DNA of 64,000 nucleotides, taken from assembly GCA_002104905.1 (NCBI GenBank), contig MCFE01000262.1, forward strand, positions 44,602 to 108,601. Direction: 5' to 3'. How positions within the stretch are numbered: the first letter of the stretch is position 1; each line of letters starts with the position of its first letter. Source of the DNA: Basidiobolus meristosporus CBS 931.73. Its lineage: Eukaryota; Fungi; Basidiobolomycota. The position numbers were made by a program, and so were the translations under genes. Under the pieces are notes generated by a model. That model saw nothing but the letters and a program-made list of their open reading frames with translations, was not told the DNA's origin and made no database searches. Below are positions 1 through 12,900 of this stretch, one piece after another.

Positions 1-714
1 AGTCATTGTGGGCTTCCCAACTCCAAACATAGCTGAGTCATAGTCAATGGCAAGCTTGATAGCTTCTGCAATAATCTTGGGTCTTGGATAACTCACTTTG
101 TTGCAAGCTCTTTCTTTCCACCCATTAGTAAAGTATTCCACTTGATCCAGGGGGTCCATTCTTTCATTTTGTCCAAGTAGACATCTGTACTCATAAATGT
201 ACTCTTGAATCATTTTTTTCTGTCTGAGCATCTTCAACTTTCTTCACAATAGTGTCTGCTGGTGTGGAGGTTCAAAGGCATCCTGAGTTTTTGACACAAA
301 CTCATCCCAGGAAGAAATTGTACAGCATCCCATCATGGTGGCCAACCTGATCTTGTTGTGGTACCATTGTAAAACTGCATCTGCCAGGTAAGAGGCTACA
401 TGATGTAACTTGCTTTCTGGAGCAATTCCCTTAGCCTTGAAAGCTTCTTCAATATGGATGAGCCAGGTTCCCAGGTTTTCATTGACTCTGCCATGGTACT
501 GGTTGACCTTCACACTAAAGTTGCTCTTGACAGGGTTTTGCTGGCTTTGGGCCATGGTAGTCATTCCTTGTTGCTGCTGGCTAAGGAGCTGGAGTAACTG
601 TTGCTGTTGGGCCAGTATTTGCTGGATAGCATTTGTACATTCTTGATTCTTGGACATCTTGAGGAAGGCTTCTTCTTTGTTAGGAGGGAGATTTCTGGTT
701 GTTGCTGCTACCAT
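1..714 (-). mobile_element. Ty3/Gypsy-type retrotransposon gag (capsid) relic, runs off the left edge
   Basis: Minus ORF 244-714 (KVNQYHGRVNENLGTWLIHIEEAF...HVASYLADAVLQWY) resembles a Ty3-type capsid. After a stop it continues as a gag-like stretch (QKKMIQEYIYEYRCLL...LDQVEYF). CpG-depleted. Confidence 0.6.
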
Positions 715-1179
715 TGTTACAAGTTCTGGTATAAGAGTTGTAGAGGATTAGTGAGTATAGCTAGTATTGTATTCACTGAAACTTGAACTGATTTTTATAG
801 AGGTTCCAGCAGTACCTTATATGCATTGTTGCCAGATCAATTGCAGAGTAGTTGTATTTCCTAATGTACAACATGACTGATGACTCATTTGAAGGCATCA
901 TCATCACCCAATAAGATCCTACTTGATATATCTATTGCTGTCTGATAAGGATCTGCTGATTCATCTGCTGACTAATGCAAATTGGCAGGGAACCAATCAA
1001 AAGGCACATATATATTGATGTGATGAAAATTTTGACCAAGTTTTTTGTGAAATCTGGGGTGCAATTACTTTGAATGGTCTCTGCATGGTGTCCTGACAGG
1101 ATCAGTACCTTTTATTCAAAGGACTTTAAATCTGTAATTGCCTTTTGATGGAATCATCACAATAGTTACTGATAAAGAT

Positions 1180-2716
1180 ACAGATTCTGATCTCTGATAC
1201 CCAAAGCAATATGAGTGCCACTTTGATCAGTGATCATGCATCCAGAATTGACAAAGCTGAAACTGAGTCCTTCTGCTGTTGCCTTGCTTACACATAGTGG
1301 GCTCTTTGCTATTTCTGGTACATAGAGTACTTCTTTAAAGGTCTGTGGATGACTTCCTTCACTCCTTTAAATGCTTACTTGGGTAGTTCCTTCTCCCACT
1401 GAGTCAAGAGTTCTATTGTCACCCATGAAAACCCCCTTGATTGGAATTTTCTAGTATTGGGTAAAAAGTTCTTTTTGTTGCCTAAAGTAATGAGATGCTC
1501 CAGAGCCAATGTACCATGACCAAGAATCCTTGCTTGTGGTCATATTTAGTGCAGATATGAATATTCTATCTTCAGTTGTTGCAGTATTTCCATATTCAGG
1601 CTTCTTTTGCTGGTTATCTCTCTTTTTGAGACACTGGTCTGAGGTGTGTCCTTTCCTTTTGCAGTATTTGTAAGACAGGTGGCTGTTGCCTTTGCAAGGT
1701 CTTGGGTACCTTCATTGTTGGCTATCATTACTATAAAAGCATGTTCTTCTTCCTTCTTATTGGTGCTTAATTTTCTTCATCCAGTGGCCTTCCATATGCA
1801 TGATCAAAGTCATATCTTCAATTCTGGACTCTAGGGCTGATACAAGTCCCTGAAACATGTCTGTCAGGCTATTTTGGATGCTTACCATCAGATCCTCCTC
1901 AGTAGTTGGTATGCCCACAGATTCCATATCATCCACCAGCAGGGTAATTCTGTTAATTAGATTTTCATTTCTTCTCCTGGAAACATCTTCAAAGTAAAGA
2001 ATTTTTGTCTAAGATACATTTTCTTAGCAGCTGAGCATGACCGGTAGGTGTTTTCTAATGCCTTCCAGGTATTCCTTGCTGTATTTGCTCTTGAGCACTG
2101 AATTAACAATTTGCCCTTGACATTAAGGCAAATGCAGTTGAAGGCACTTTACTCTTTTTTCTGGTACTTTAAGGCTTCCTCTCCTATGTTTTTAGGAGGG
2201 CATTCTTCTCCCATGACAATATCCCAAAGGCCTCTTTTTTATAGCAGCTTCCTCATCTTCACCTTCCACACTTGGTAGTTAGATCCATCCTTCTTTTCAA
2301 CAGAGGTGAAAATTCTAGTAATTGCAGCAGTAGACATTGCAGAGAGTGATACCTTGGGACTCATAACCTGTTATAAGAGTCTTGGAGATATTGGAAGTAA
2401 TTTGGTAGGACAAGTAGTGTATTTGGTTTTCATTTAATGATTTATTGAATGTAAAAGTAGTATTTATACTTTTACATTCTCTTGGCATAACAGACCCATA
2501 GAATAGGTTAAGGAAGGTCCAAGAGCATGTATGCAAAGTGTGGGGCTGTTTGGACAAATTTGAGAATTTTCATGTTCTTGGTACCTGGTATTTGGTGAAA
2601 ATATTCTAAGTATATCCAAACAAGAAATTTGGTCAGTATTCCCTAGAACCTGAAGGGAATGATCTATGTGACTAAGTCAAGTGAGTAATCAGGTGGAATT
2701 CCAAATTTTTACAACT
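1180..2716 (-). mobile_element. Copia element B: 5' LTR (2369-2716), PBS (2357-2368), degenerate gag-protease, truncated
   Basis: Reverse-complement match to the LTR, PBS (GGTTATGAGTCC) and gag/PR of the plus-strand copies. Contains stops and deletions. Its LTR abuts the RT sequence of copy A at 2717. Confidence 0.9.
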
Positions 2717-3800
2717 AACTCAAACAAGTCAAGAGAGGTTAGTTCCATCTGAAAGCCCTGACTCTCCTTATCAATATATGATTGACTGTCTGATGTATAT
2801 CATGCTTGGAACATGTCCAGATATCTCATATTCAATGGGAGATGTTAGCCAGCATAATCAGAACTTTGGATCTAATCATATTGAAGCAGTTAAGCGGACT
2901 TTTAGATATCTGAAAGGAACTGCTGATATCTGCTTAAGATACACTTATAAGGATTCAGAGCAGGATCTTGTGGGATACTCTAATACTGATTGGGGATGAA
3001 ATTTGGAAGACAGAAGATCCATTGCACAATACACCTTTCTTTACTGTAAAGGAGCAATTTCATGGAACTCAAGAAAGCAACCAACCATAGCACTTTCTAC
3101 CACAGAGGCAGAGCATATTGTAGCCTGTGAAGCTACAAAAGAAGCTATGTGGTTAAGAAAGCTTTTTACAGACTTAGGCTAATATCAAAAAATGCCTATT
3201 ACTTTATTTCAAGATAATCAAGGATGTATAGAAATAGATAGAAATCCAACTTTTCATGCTAGAACTAAGCATACATATATTAGACATCACATCATATGTG
3301 AGGCTATAGATAAGAACTTGGTTAGCTTAGCTTACTGTCCAACAGATGAAATGATTGCAGTCATATTTACCAAACCATTAGCTAGAGACAGGTTTGAATT
3401 TCTCAGGTCAAAATTAGGACTAGTCAATATGAGCATTTAGTTGAGTGGGAGTGTTGCAAAAAATTTGTAATTCCACCTAAATATTCACCTAACTTAGTCA
3501 CTTGGATCATTACCTTTGAATCATAGGGAAAGCCAACCAAATTCCTTGTTGGGATTTACTTGGAATATTTCCACCAAAATATCAGATACCCAAAACATGA
3601 AAATTAGAAAAGTTATCCAGGCTACCCCAAGCTTTGCACACATGCACTTGGGACCTTCTGTAACCTATTTTATGTGCTTATTATGCCAAGGTCATGTAAA
3701 AGTGTAAATACTACTTTACATTCAATAAATCATTAAGTGAAAACCACATAATCTACTTGTCCTCCCAATCATATCCAATATCTCCAGGACTCTTATAACA
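2717..3800 (+). mobile_element. Copia element A: RT/RNase H end, PPT (3443-3451), 3' LTR (3452-3800)
   Basis: [27 protein letters not shown] and HARTKH motifs. PPT GAGTGGGAG is followed by TGTTG...ATAACA. Confidence 0.9.
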
Positions 3801-4231
3801 AACACAGGGCTGATAGTACAATCAAAAGATGCAATGTAAGACTTGTGGCCAAAGGATACTCTCAAATAAAAGGACTTGACTACACTGAGACCTTTGCACT
3901 TGTAGCCAAGTTTAATTCCATCATATTGATATGGCTATTGCAGCCAAATATAAGTATTTTATTCATTAAATAGATGTAAAAATTACATTTTCAAATGGAG
4001 AGCTTGATGAGGATATGTATATGGACCAGCCTGATGCAAGCTTAAAAGGCCTTTATATGGACTCAAACAACCACAAAGAGCCTGGAATTGAAAAATAGAT
4101 TCTTATTTGGAATCCGTGAGTTTCAAATGGAGTAATGCCAACTATAGTTTATAATAAAAGCTAGATAGTGCAAATCCAGTTCTATTAGCTCTACATGTGG
4201 ATAATCTTATTATAACTACCAATAACCAAGA
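3801..4231 (+). mobile_element. Older Copia RT fragment (C), trapped between two LTRs
   Basis: Degenerate match to the RT region ([29 protein letters not shown]). Bounded by the LTR end at 3800 and the LTR start at 4232. Confidence 0.85.
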
Positions 4232-7200
4232 TGTTGTAAAAATTTGTAATTCCACCTAAATATTAACCCAACTTAGTCACTTAAATCATTACCCTCAAAT
4301 TCTAGAGAATACTGACCAAATTCCTTGTTGGGATTTACTTAGAATATTTTCACCAAAATACCAGGTACCCAGAACATGAAAATTCTCAAAGCTGTCTAAA
4401 CAGCCTCAAACCTTGCACGCATGTTCTTGGGACCTCCCTTAACCTATTCTACATGCTTGTAATGCCAAGACCAGGTAAAAGTATAAATACTACTTTTACA
4501 TTCAATAAATCATTAAGTGAAAACCACATAATCTACTTGTTCTCCTGATCCCTTCCAATATCCCCAAGACTCTTACAACAGGTTATAAGCCCCAAGCTGT
4601 CACCCTCTGCAATGTCTACAACTGCTATTACTGGAATTATCCCTCGGCTGAAAAGTTGAATGGATCTAACTACCAAGTGTGGAAGGTGAAGATGAAGATG
4701 CTGCTACAAGAAAGAGGCCTTTGGGATATTTTCATGGGAGAAGAATGCCCTCCTAAAAACATAGGAGAGGAAGCCTTAAAGTACCAGAAGTAGGAACAAA
4801 GTACCTTTAACTGCATTTGCCTTAATGTTAAGGATAAATTGCTAATTCAATGCTCAAGAGCAAAAACGGCAAAGAATGCCTGTAGGCATTAGAAGACACC
4901 TACCAGTCATGTTCAGCTGCTAATAAAATGTATCTGAGACAAAAATTCTTTACTACAAAGATGCTGCCAGGACAAGAAATGAAAAATCTAATTAACAGAA
5001 TTACCCTGCTGGTAGATGAGATGGAATCTGTGGGCATACCAGCTACTGATGAGGATGTGATAGTTACCATCCTGAATAGCCTGACAGACAAGTTTCAGGG
5101 CCTTGTATCAGCCCTAGAGTCCAGAACTGAATATTTGACCTTAAATTACATATACAAAAGGCTCCTGGATGAAGAATTAAGAAAATCAAGCACTGTAGTG
5201 GGGTGACAGTGACACCCACTGACAGATGTGCTCATTGCCATATTTTCTACTTCCCTATATCTCTACTACACTTATTTTAGCTCTATTCCATTTGTCTTAC
5301 CTGATGAGTACTATCCCATAGGCCAGTTGACTATCACACCTGCTTACCTTATTGCATAAGTTACCCCTCACTTTATGGAAGATTACTAGCAGTAAGTGCT
5401 TCTATATTAAGCAAGTACCTGTGCCAGTATGCGTGACACATGATCAACCCGTGTCATCTTCCATATCATTTTCATACAATATATGGTATCCCTATGTTAT
5501 ATAGGTTTAAGAGTACTGATTCCTGATTGGTTGGATGTGCTGTGCCTCTTAGAACCTTCCAACACCTACTTAGAGCATTCCTAGGTCATACTGATGTCAT
5601 TAAGATTTCTATTGACATCTGGAACCTTCTGGAACACCATGATTAGTAATTACTTAGCCAGTAAGAACACTATATAAGGTAGGCTATCCCTCAACAATAA
5701 ATCAGCATCCCTCTTATCAATATTCCAACTTGTTGATAAATGTGATCACTGCTACCTGCTGCTACCTGAACTTCCAACCCCAGACCACAGGACAGTCCCA
5801 GGAAACCACGCTGACAGCCAACTGACCTTAGAGGCACTACTTGTGAGGAATACTCAGAGTAGGTATCTTTTATTATATTTGATTCTTTCCCAAGTTTGTT
5901 CTTGTACAGGCAAAAATACATTTCTATTTTTGTAACTATTGACCACAGCTGCATTCTTATCAAGTCCCTGCTGGTGGAGTTTACAGTTGTTTTGACTTTG
6001 GAAGCTTTAGTACATTGTCATCTCAAAGGACGCTGAACCCATCACATACATTTGTTAAGACACCAACCAAGTTGGGGATTGTAGCACAATAGTTTTCCCT
6101 TGACAAGCTTGTGGCTTTATTCCCCATCACATTAGATTAGAGACAGAACCCAAGTATTCCTAGCAAGCTTTTGCCAGAGGTCATTGCACCCAGTGAACAC
6201 CCCACCCACAAAACACTTGAGAAGTGTTGGATGTATCTCTCCCATGGACTGATGCACAACAACAGCGTCAATAAGAAAGAAGAAGAAAATGCTTTAATAA
6301 GCCATGATAACCAGCAATGGAGGTGCCCTAGACCCTACAAAGGCAACAGCAACCTGTTTTGCAACTACTGCAAAAGGAAAGGACACACATCAGACCAGTG
6401 CTTCAAAAAGAAAGATAGTAAGCAGAAAAAGCCTGAATATGGAAATGCTGCAACAGCTGAAGATAGACTATTCATATCTGCACTAAATATGACCACAAAC
6501 AAGGATTCTCAGATATGGTATATTGACTCTGGAGCATCTCAACACTTTACACACCAAAAAGAACTTTTTACCCAATATCAAGAAATTCCAATTAAGAAGG
6601 TTTTCATGGGTGACAATAGAACACTTAATGCAGTTGGAGAAGGAACTATCCAAGTTAACCTTAGAAGCAGTGAAGGAAGCCATACACTGACCTTTAAAGA
6701 AGTTCTCTATGTACCAGAAATAGCCAAGAACCTACTCTCTGTAAGCAAGGCCACAGCAGAAGGACTCAGTTTCAGTTTTGACAATTCTGGATGCAGGATC
6801 ATTGATCAAAATCATGCCCATATTGCTTTGGGCATCAGAGATCAGAACCCATACAAGCTGACTTATATTCCATCATATTTGGAAGTAAATATAAGTAACT
6901 TAAATGAAGAAACACCCATGCTTTGGCACAGGAAATCTGGGCACATCAATTTTGATTATTTGCACAAAATGATCAAAGATCAGCTGATTTCTGGAGTAAA
7001 AATTGATCCCCCAGCTAATTTGGAGCACTGTGAGGCCTGCATATATGGGAAACAAGCCAGACAGCTGTTCAAGAGCTCTGGGTTAATCAAAGCTAAGAAA
7101 AAATTAGAGCTAATTCACTCAGATCTGTGTGGACCTATGCAAAATTTATCCTTAGGTGGGATGAAGTATTTAATCAGTTTTATTGATGATTATACAAGAT

Positions 7201-9968
7201 ACACATGGGCCTACTTCATGGAGAGAAAGGAAGAAGCTCTGTCTAAGCTCAGGGAGTTTAAAGCCATGGTGGAGAGAGAAACTGGTGACAAAATCAAGAA
7301 AATATGCTCTGACAATGGTGGAGAATATACCTCAAAACTCTTCATCCACTTCTGCAAAATTCATGGGATAAAGCAAGAGACTACCGTACCATACCCCCAC
7401 AGCAAAATGGAGTGGCAGAACATGCTAACAGATCAATAATTGATATGGCAAGATCTATGATCCATGATCCACAATTATACTATGATTTTTGGGTGGAATC
7501 AGTTGCCACTGCTTTATATCTTTAAATAGGAGTTATAACAGAATACTTTGTGATTCTACTTCATTTGAAGCATGGTATGGGTACAGACCAAGTGTAGAGC
7601 AACTAGGAATACTTGGGTGTACAGCATATGCCAAGAAACTGCCTGGAAATCAGTCAAAATTTGAGCCAAAAAGTTAAAATGCATATTTTTGGGCTACTGC
7701 AATGAGAGTAAGGCATACAGACTCTACAATACCAAAGCAAAGAAGCTAATCAAGTCCAGGGATGTGCTGTTTGATGAAAATTCAAAATTTTCACAAAAAA
7801 TGACGTCAGATGATGACAAAAATCCAATGCCAAGTCCACCAATTGTCAGGATTGAATCAGAGCAAAACAATGAGAATTTTTTCACTCCAGAGGACTCTAC
7901 AACCTTGGTTCAGCCAGAATCAGTGCCCAGTGATATCCGAGAAGTGATCATTCCAGTATCAAATGCCCGGAGATCAAATTGGACAAGAAATAGCCCAAAT
8001 TACTATATCAATGAGGGTACAAACTTAGCCTATGCCTAGTCAGTCCATATTGATGCACCCCAGACTGTGAAAGAGGCCCTAAATAGCCCACAGACAAAGT
8101 TCTGGAGATCTGCAATGACTGAGGAATATCAGGCACTGATGGAATATCAAACTTGGGACATAGTCTAATTACCAATCAACCAAAAATCAATTGGTTGCAG
8201 ATGGGTCTTCAAGACAAAATACAAGGCTGATGGTACAATTGAAAGATACAAAGCAAGACTTGTGGCCAAAGGATACTCTCAAAAAAAAAGGACTTGACAA
8301 CACTGAGACCTTTGCACCAGTGGCCAAGTGTAATTCCATTAGATTAATATTGGCTATTGCAGCCAAATATAAGTTTTTTTTTCATCAAATGGATGTAAAA
8401 GCTGCATTTTTGAATGGAGAACTTGATGAGGACATGGATATGGACCAGCCTGATGGGCCTGTTGACCAAGATAACCCCCATTTGGTCTGTAAGCTTAAAA
8501 GTCACTATATGGTCTCAAACAATCACTAGGAGCCTGGAATTGCAAGATAGACTCTTATTTAGAATCTTTGAGTTTCAAAAGGAGTGATGCTGAATATAGT
8601 GTATACTATAAGCCAGATAGAGCAAATCCAGTTCTATTAGCTCTATATGTGGATGAACTTATTATAGCCACCAATAACCTAGGAACATTGGAAGAGACAA
8701 AATCCAGCCTATCTAAGGAATTTAAGATGTCCAATCTAGGAGAACTCAATTACTACTTAGGGATTAAGTTCTCCATAGACAGAAGTACCCAGACTATTAC
8801 CCTAAGCCAATCCAAGTATATTCAAGATACACTAAAGAAGTACAAAATGGAAGACTGTAAACTGGCAGCTACCCCAATGGAGACAAACCTTAACTTGGTC
8901 AAAACTCAACCAAATCAAGAGAGCTTGGTGCCATCTGAAAGCCCTGACTTTCCTTATCAATCTATGGTTGGCAGTCTGATGTAAATCTTGCTTGGAACAT
9001 GTCCAGATGTCTCATATTCAGTGGGAGTTGTCAGCCAACAAAATCAGAACTATGGATCTGATCATATTGCAGCAGTTAAGCAGATTTTTAGATACCTAAA
9101 AGGAACTGCTGATATCTGCTCAAGATACACTTATAAGGATTCAGAACAGGATCTTGTGGGATACTCTGATGCTGATTGGGGACAAAATTTAGAAGACAGA
9201 AGATCCACCACAAGAAACACCTTTCTCTACTGTAAAGGAGCAATTTCATGGAACTCAAGAAAGCAACCAAATATAGCACTCTCTCCCACAGAGGCAGAGT
9301 ATATGGCAGCCTGTGAAGCTACAAAAGAAGCAATGTGGTTAAGAAAGCTTTTTACAGATTTAGGCCAATGTCAAAAAATGCCTATTACTTTATTTTAAGA
9401 TAATCAAGGATGTATAAAATTAGGTAGAAATCCAACATTTCATGCTAGAACCAAGCACATAGATGTTAGACATCACTTCATACCTGAAGCTATAGAAAAT
9501 AACTTAGTTAGCTTAGTTTACTGTCCTACAGATGAAATGATTGCAGACATATCTACCAAAACATTAGCTAGAGACAAGTTTGAATATCTTAGGTCAAAAT
9601 TGGGACTAGTCAGTATGAACATTTAGTTGAGTGGGAGTTTTGTAAAAATTTGTAATTCCACCAAAATATTCACCTAACTTAGTCACTTTGATCATTACCT
9701 TCAAACCCTAGAGAATACTGACCAAATTCCTTGATGGGATTCACTTGGAATATTTACACAGAACATGAAAATTCTCAAATTTGTCCAAACAGCCCACACT
9801 TTGCACACATACTCTTGGGACCTTCCTTAACTTATTATATGGGTTTGCCATGCCAAGACCATGTAAAAGTATAAATACTACTTTTACATTCAATAAACCA
9901 TTAAGTGAAAACCATATAATCTACTTGTCCTCCAAGTCACTTCCAATATCTCCAAGACTCTTACAACA
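4232..9968 (+). mobile_element. Copia element D, near full length and inactivated: 5' LTR 4232-4580, PBS 4581-4592, gag-PR-IN-RT-RH, 3' LTR 9638-9968
   Basis: CCHC knuckle CNYCKRKGHTSDQC, protease WYIDSGAS, GAG-pre-integrase, IN (HSDLCGP, SDNGGEY), RT and RNase H (YSDADWG) in PR-IN-RT-RH (Copia) order. Many stops and frameshifts. Confidence 0.95.
5194..6264. mobile_element. ~1.07-kb solo LTR of another family, inserted in gag of element D
   Basis: Begins TGTAGTGG and ends CAACAACA. Interrupts AAGCAC|CAATAAG, which is intact at 10738-10750. Degenerate 4-bp TSD GCAC (5190-5193) / GCGT (6265-6268). TATATAA near 5671. Confidence 0.75.
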
Positions 9969-9989
9969 GGTACTTGGTGTTTTGGTGAA

Positions 9990-12900
9990 GCCTATTCTAT
10001 ATGTTTGATATGCCAAGACCATGTAAAAGTGTAAATACTACTTTTGCATTCAATAAATCATTATGTGAAAACCATATGATCTACTTGTTCTCCCAATCAC
10101 TTCCAATATCTCCAAGACTCTTACAACAGGCTATGAGCCCCAAGCTGTCACTCTCTGCAATGTCTACTACTGCTATTACTGGAATTTTTCCCTCTGCTGA
10201 AAAGTTGGATGGATCTAACTACCAAGTGTGGAAGGTGATGATGAAGATGCTGCTACAAGAAAGAGGCCTTTGGGATATTGTCATGGGAGAAGAATGCCCT
10301 CCTAAAAATGTGGGAGAGGAAGCCTTAAAGTACCAGAAGTAGGAACAAAGTGCCTTTAACTGCATTTGCCTTAATGTCAAGGACAAATTGCTAATTCAAT
10401 GCTCAAGAGCAAAAACGGCAAAGAATGCCTGGAAGGCATTAGAAGACACCTACTAGTCATGTTCAGCTGCCAAGAAAATGTATCTGAGATGAAAATTCTT
10501 TACTACAAAGATGCTGCCAGGAAAAGAAATGAAAAATCTAATGAACAGAATTACCCTGCTGGTAGATGAGATGGAATCTGTGGGCGTACCAACTACTGAT
10601 GAGGATGTGACAGTTACCATCCTGAATAGCCTGACAGACAGGTTTCAGGGCCTTGTATCAGCCCTAGAGTCCAGAACTGAAGATTTGACCTTAAATTATG
10701 TATATGGAAGGCTCCTGGATGAAGAATTAAGAAAATCAAGCACCAATAAGAAGGAAGAAGAAAATGCTTTGATAAGCAATGATAACCAACAAAGGAGGTA
10801 CCCAAGACCCTACAAAGGCAACAGCAACCTATTTTGCAACTACTGCAAAAGGAAAGGACACACATCAGACTGGTGTCTCAAAAAGAGAGATTATCAGCAA
10901 AAGAAGCCTGAATATGGAAATGCTGCAACAACTGAAGATAGACTATTCATATCTGCACTAAATATGACCACAAACAAGGATTCTCAGATATGGTATATTG
11001 ACTCTGGAGCATCTCAACACTTTACACACCAAAAAGAACTTTGTACCCAATATCAAGAAATTCCAATTAAGAAGGTTTTCATGGGCGACAATAGAACACT
11101 TAATGCAGTTGGAGAAGGAACTATCCAAGTTAACCTTAGAAGCAGTGAAGGAAGCCATACACTGACCTTTAAAGAAGTTCTCTATGTACCAGAAATAGCC
11201 AAGAACCTACTCTCTGTAAGCAAGGCCACAGCAGAAGGACTCAGTTTCAGTTTTGACAATTCTGGATGCAGGATCACTGATCAAAATGGTGCCCATATTG
11301 CTTTGGGCATCAGAGATCAGAATCTATACAAGTTGACTTATATTCCATCATATTTGGAAGCCAATATAAGTAACTTAAATGAAGAAACACCCATGCTTTG
11401 GCACAGGAGATTTGGACTCATCAATTTTTATTATTTGCATAAAATGATCAAAGATCAGCTAATTTCTGGAGTGAAAATTGATCCCCCAGCTAATTTGGGG
11501 CACTGTGAAGCCTGCATATATGGGAAACAAGCCAGACAACCGTTTAAGAGCTCTGGGCTAATCAAAATAAGAAAAAATTAGATCTAATTCACTCAGATCT
11601 GTGTGGACCTATGCAAAATTTATCCTTAGGTGGGATGAAGTATTTAATCACTTTTATTGAGGATTATACAAGATACACATGGGTCTACTTCATGGAGAGA
11701 AAGGAAGAAGCTCTGTCTAAGCTCAGGGAGTTTAAAGCCATGGTGGAGAGAGAAACTGGTGAAAAAATCAAGAAAATACGCTCTGACAATGGTGGAGAAT
11801 ATACCTCAAAACTCTTCATCCACTTCTGCAAAATTCATGGGATAAAGCAAGAGACTACTGTAACATACTCCCCACAGCAAAATGGAGTAGCAGAACAAGC
11901 TAACAGATCAATAATTGATATGGCAAGATCTATGATCCATGATCAAAAATTATCCTATGATTTTTGGGCGGAATCAGTTGCCACTGCTGTATACCTTAAA
12001 AATAGGAGTTATAACAGAATACTTCGTGATTCTACTTCATTTGAAGCGTGTTATGGATACAGACCAAGTGCAGAACATCTAAGAATATTTGGGTGTACAG
12101 CATATGCCAAAAAACTGGCCGGAAATCAGTCAAAATTTGAGCCAAAAAGTGTAAAATGCATATTTTTGGGCTACTGCAATGAGAGTAAGGCATAATGACT
12201 CTACAATACCAAAGCAAAGAAGCTTATCAAGTCCAGGGATGTGTTGTTTGATGAAAATTCAAAATTTTCACAAAAAATGACATCAGATGATGATGAAAAT
12301 TTGATCTCAAGCCCACCAATTGTCAGGATTGAATCAGAGCAAAACAATGAAAATTTTTTCACTCCAGAGGACTCTACAACTGTGGTTCAGCCAGATTCAG
12401 GGCCCAGGAATATCCCAGAGGTGATCATTCCAGTATCAAATGCCCGGAGATCAAATTGGACAAGATATAGCCCAAATTACTATATCAATGAGGGTACAAA
12501 CTTAGCCTATGCCTATTCAGTCCATATTGATGAACCCCAGACTGTAAAAGAGGCCCTAAATAGCCCTCAGACAAAGTTTTGGAGATCTGCAATGACTGAG
12601 GAATATCAGGCACTGATGGAAAATCAAACTTGGGACTTAGTCAAATTACCAATCAACCAAAAATCAATTGAATGCAGATGGGTCTTCAAGACAAAATACA
12701 AGGCTGATGGTACAATTGAAAGATACAAAGCAAGACTTGTAGCCAAAGGATACTCTCAAACAAAAGGACTTGACTATACTGAGACCTTTGCACTGGTAGC
12801 CAAGTTTAATTCCATCAGATTAATATTGGCTATTGCAGCCAAATATAAGTTTTTTATTCATCAAATGGATGTAAAAACTGCATTTTTGAATGGAGAACTT

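Noticed and set aside
4790-10342. Shared in-frame TAG in gag of D and E as programmed readthrough
   Set aside because: No readthrough context, copy B has a sense codon there, and both copies carry other lesions. Shared descent explains it.
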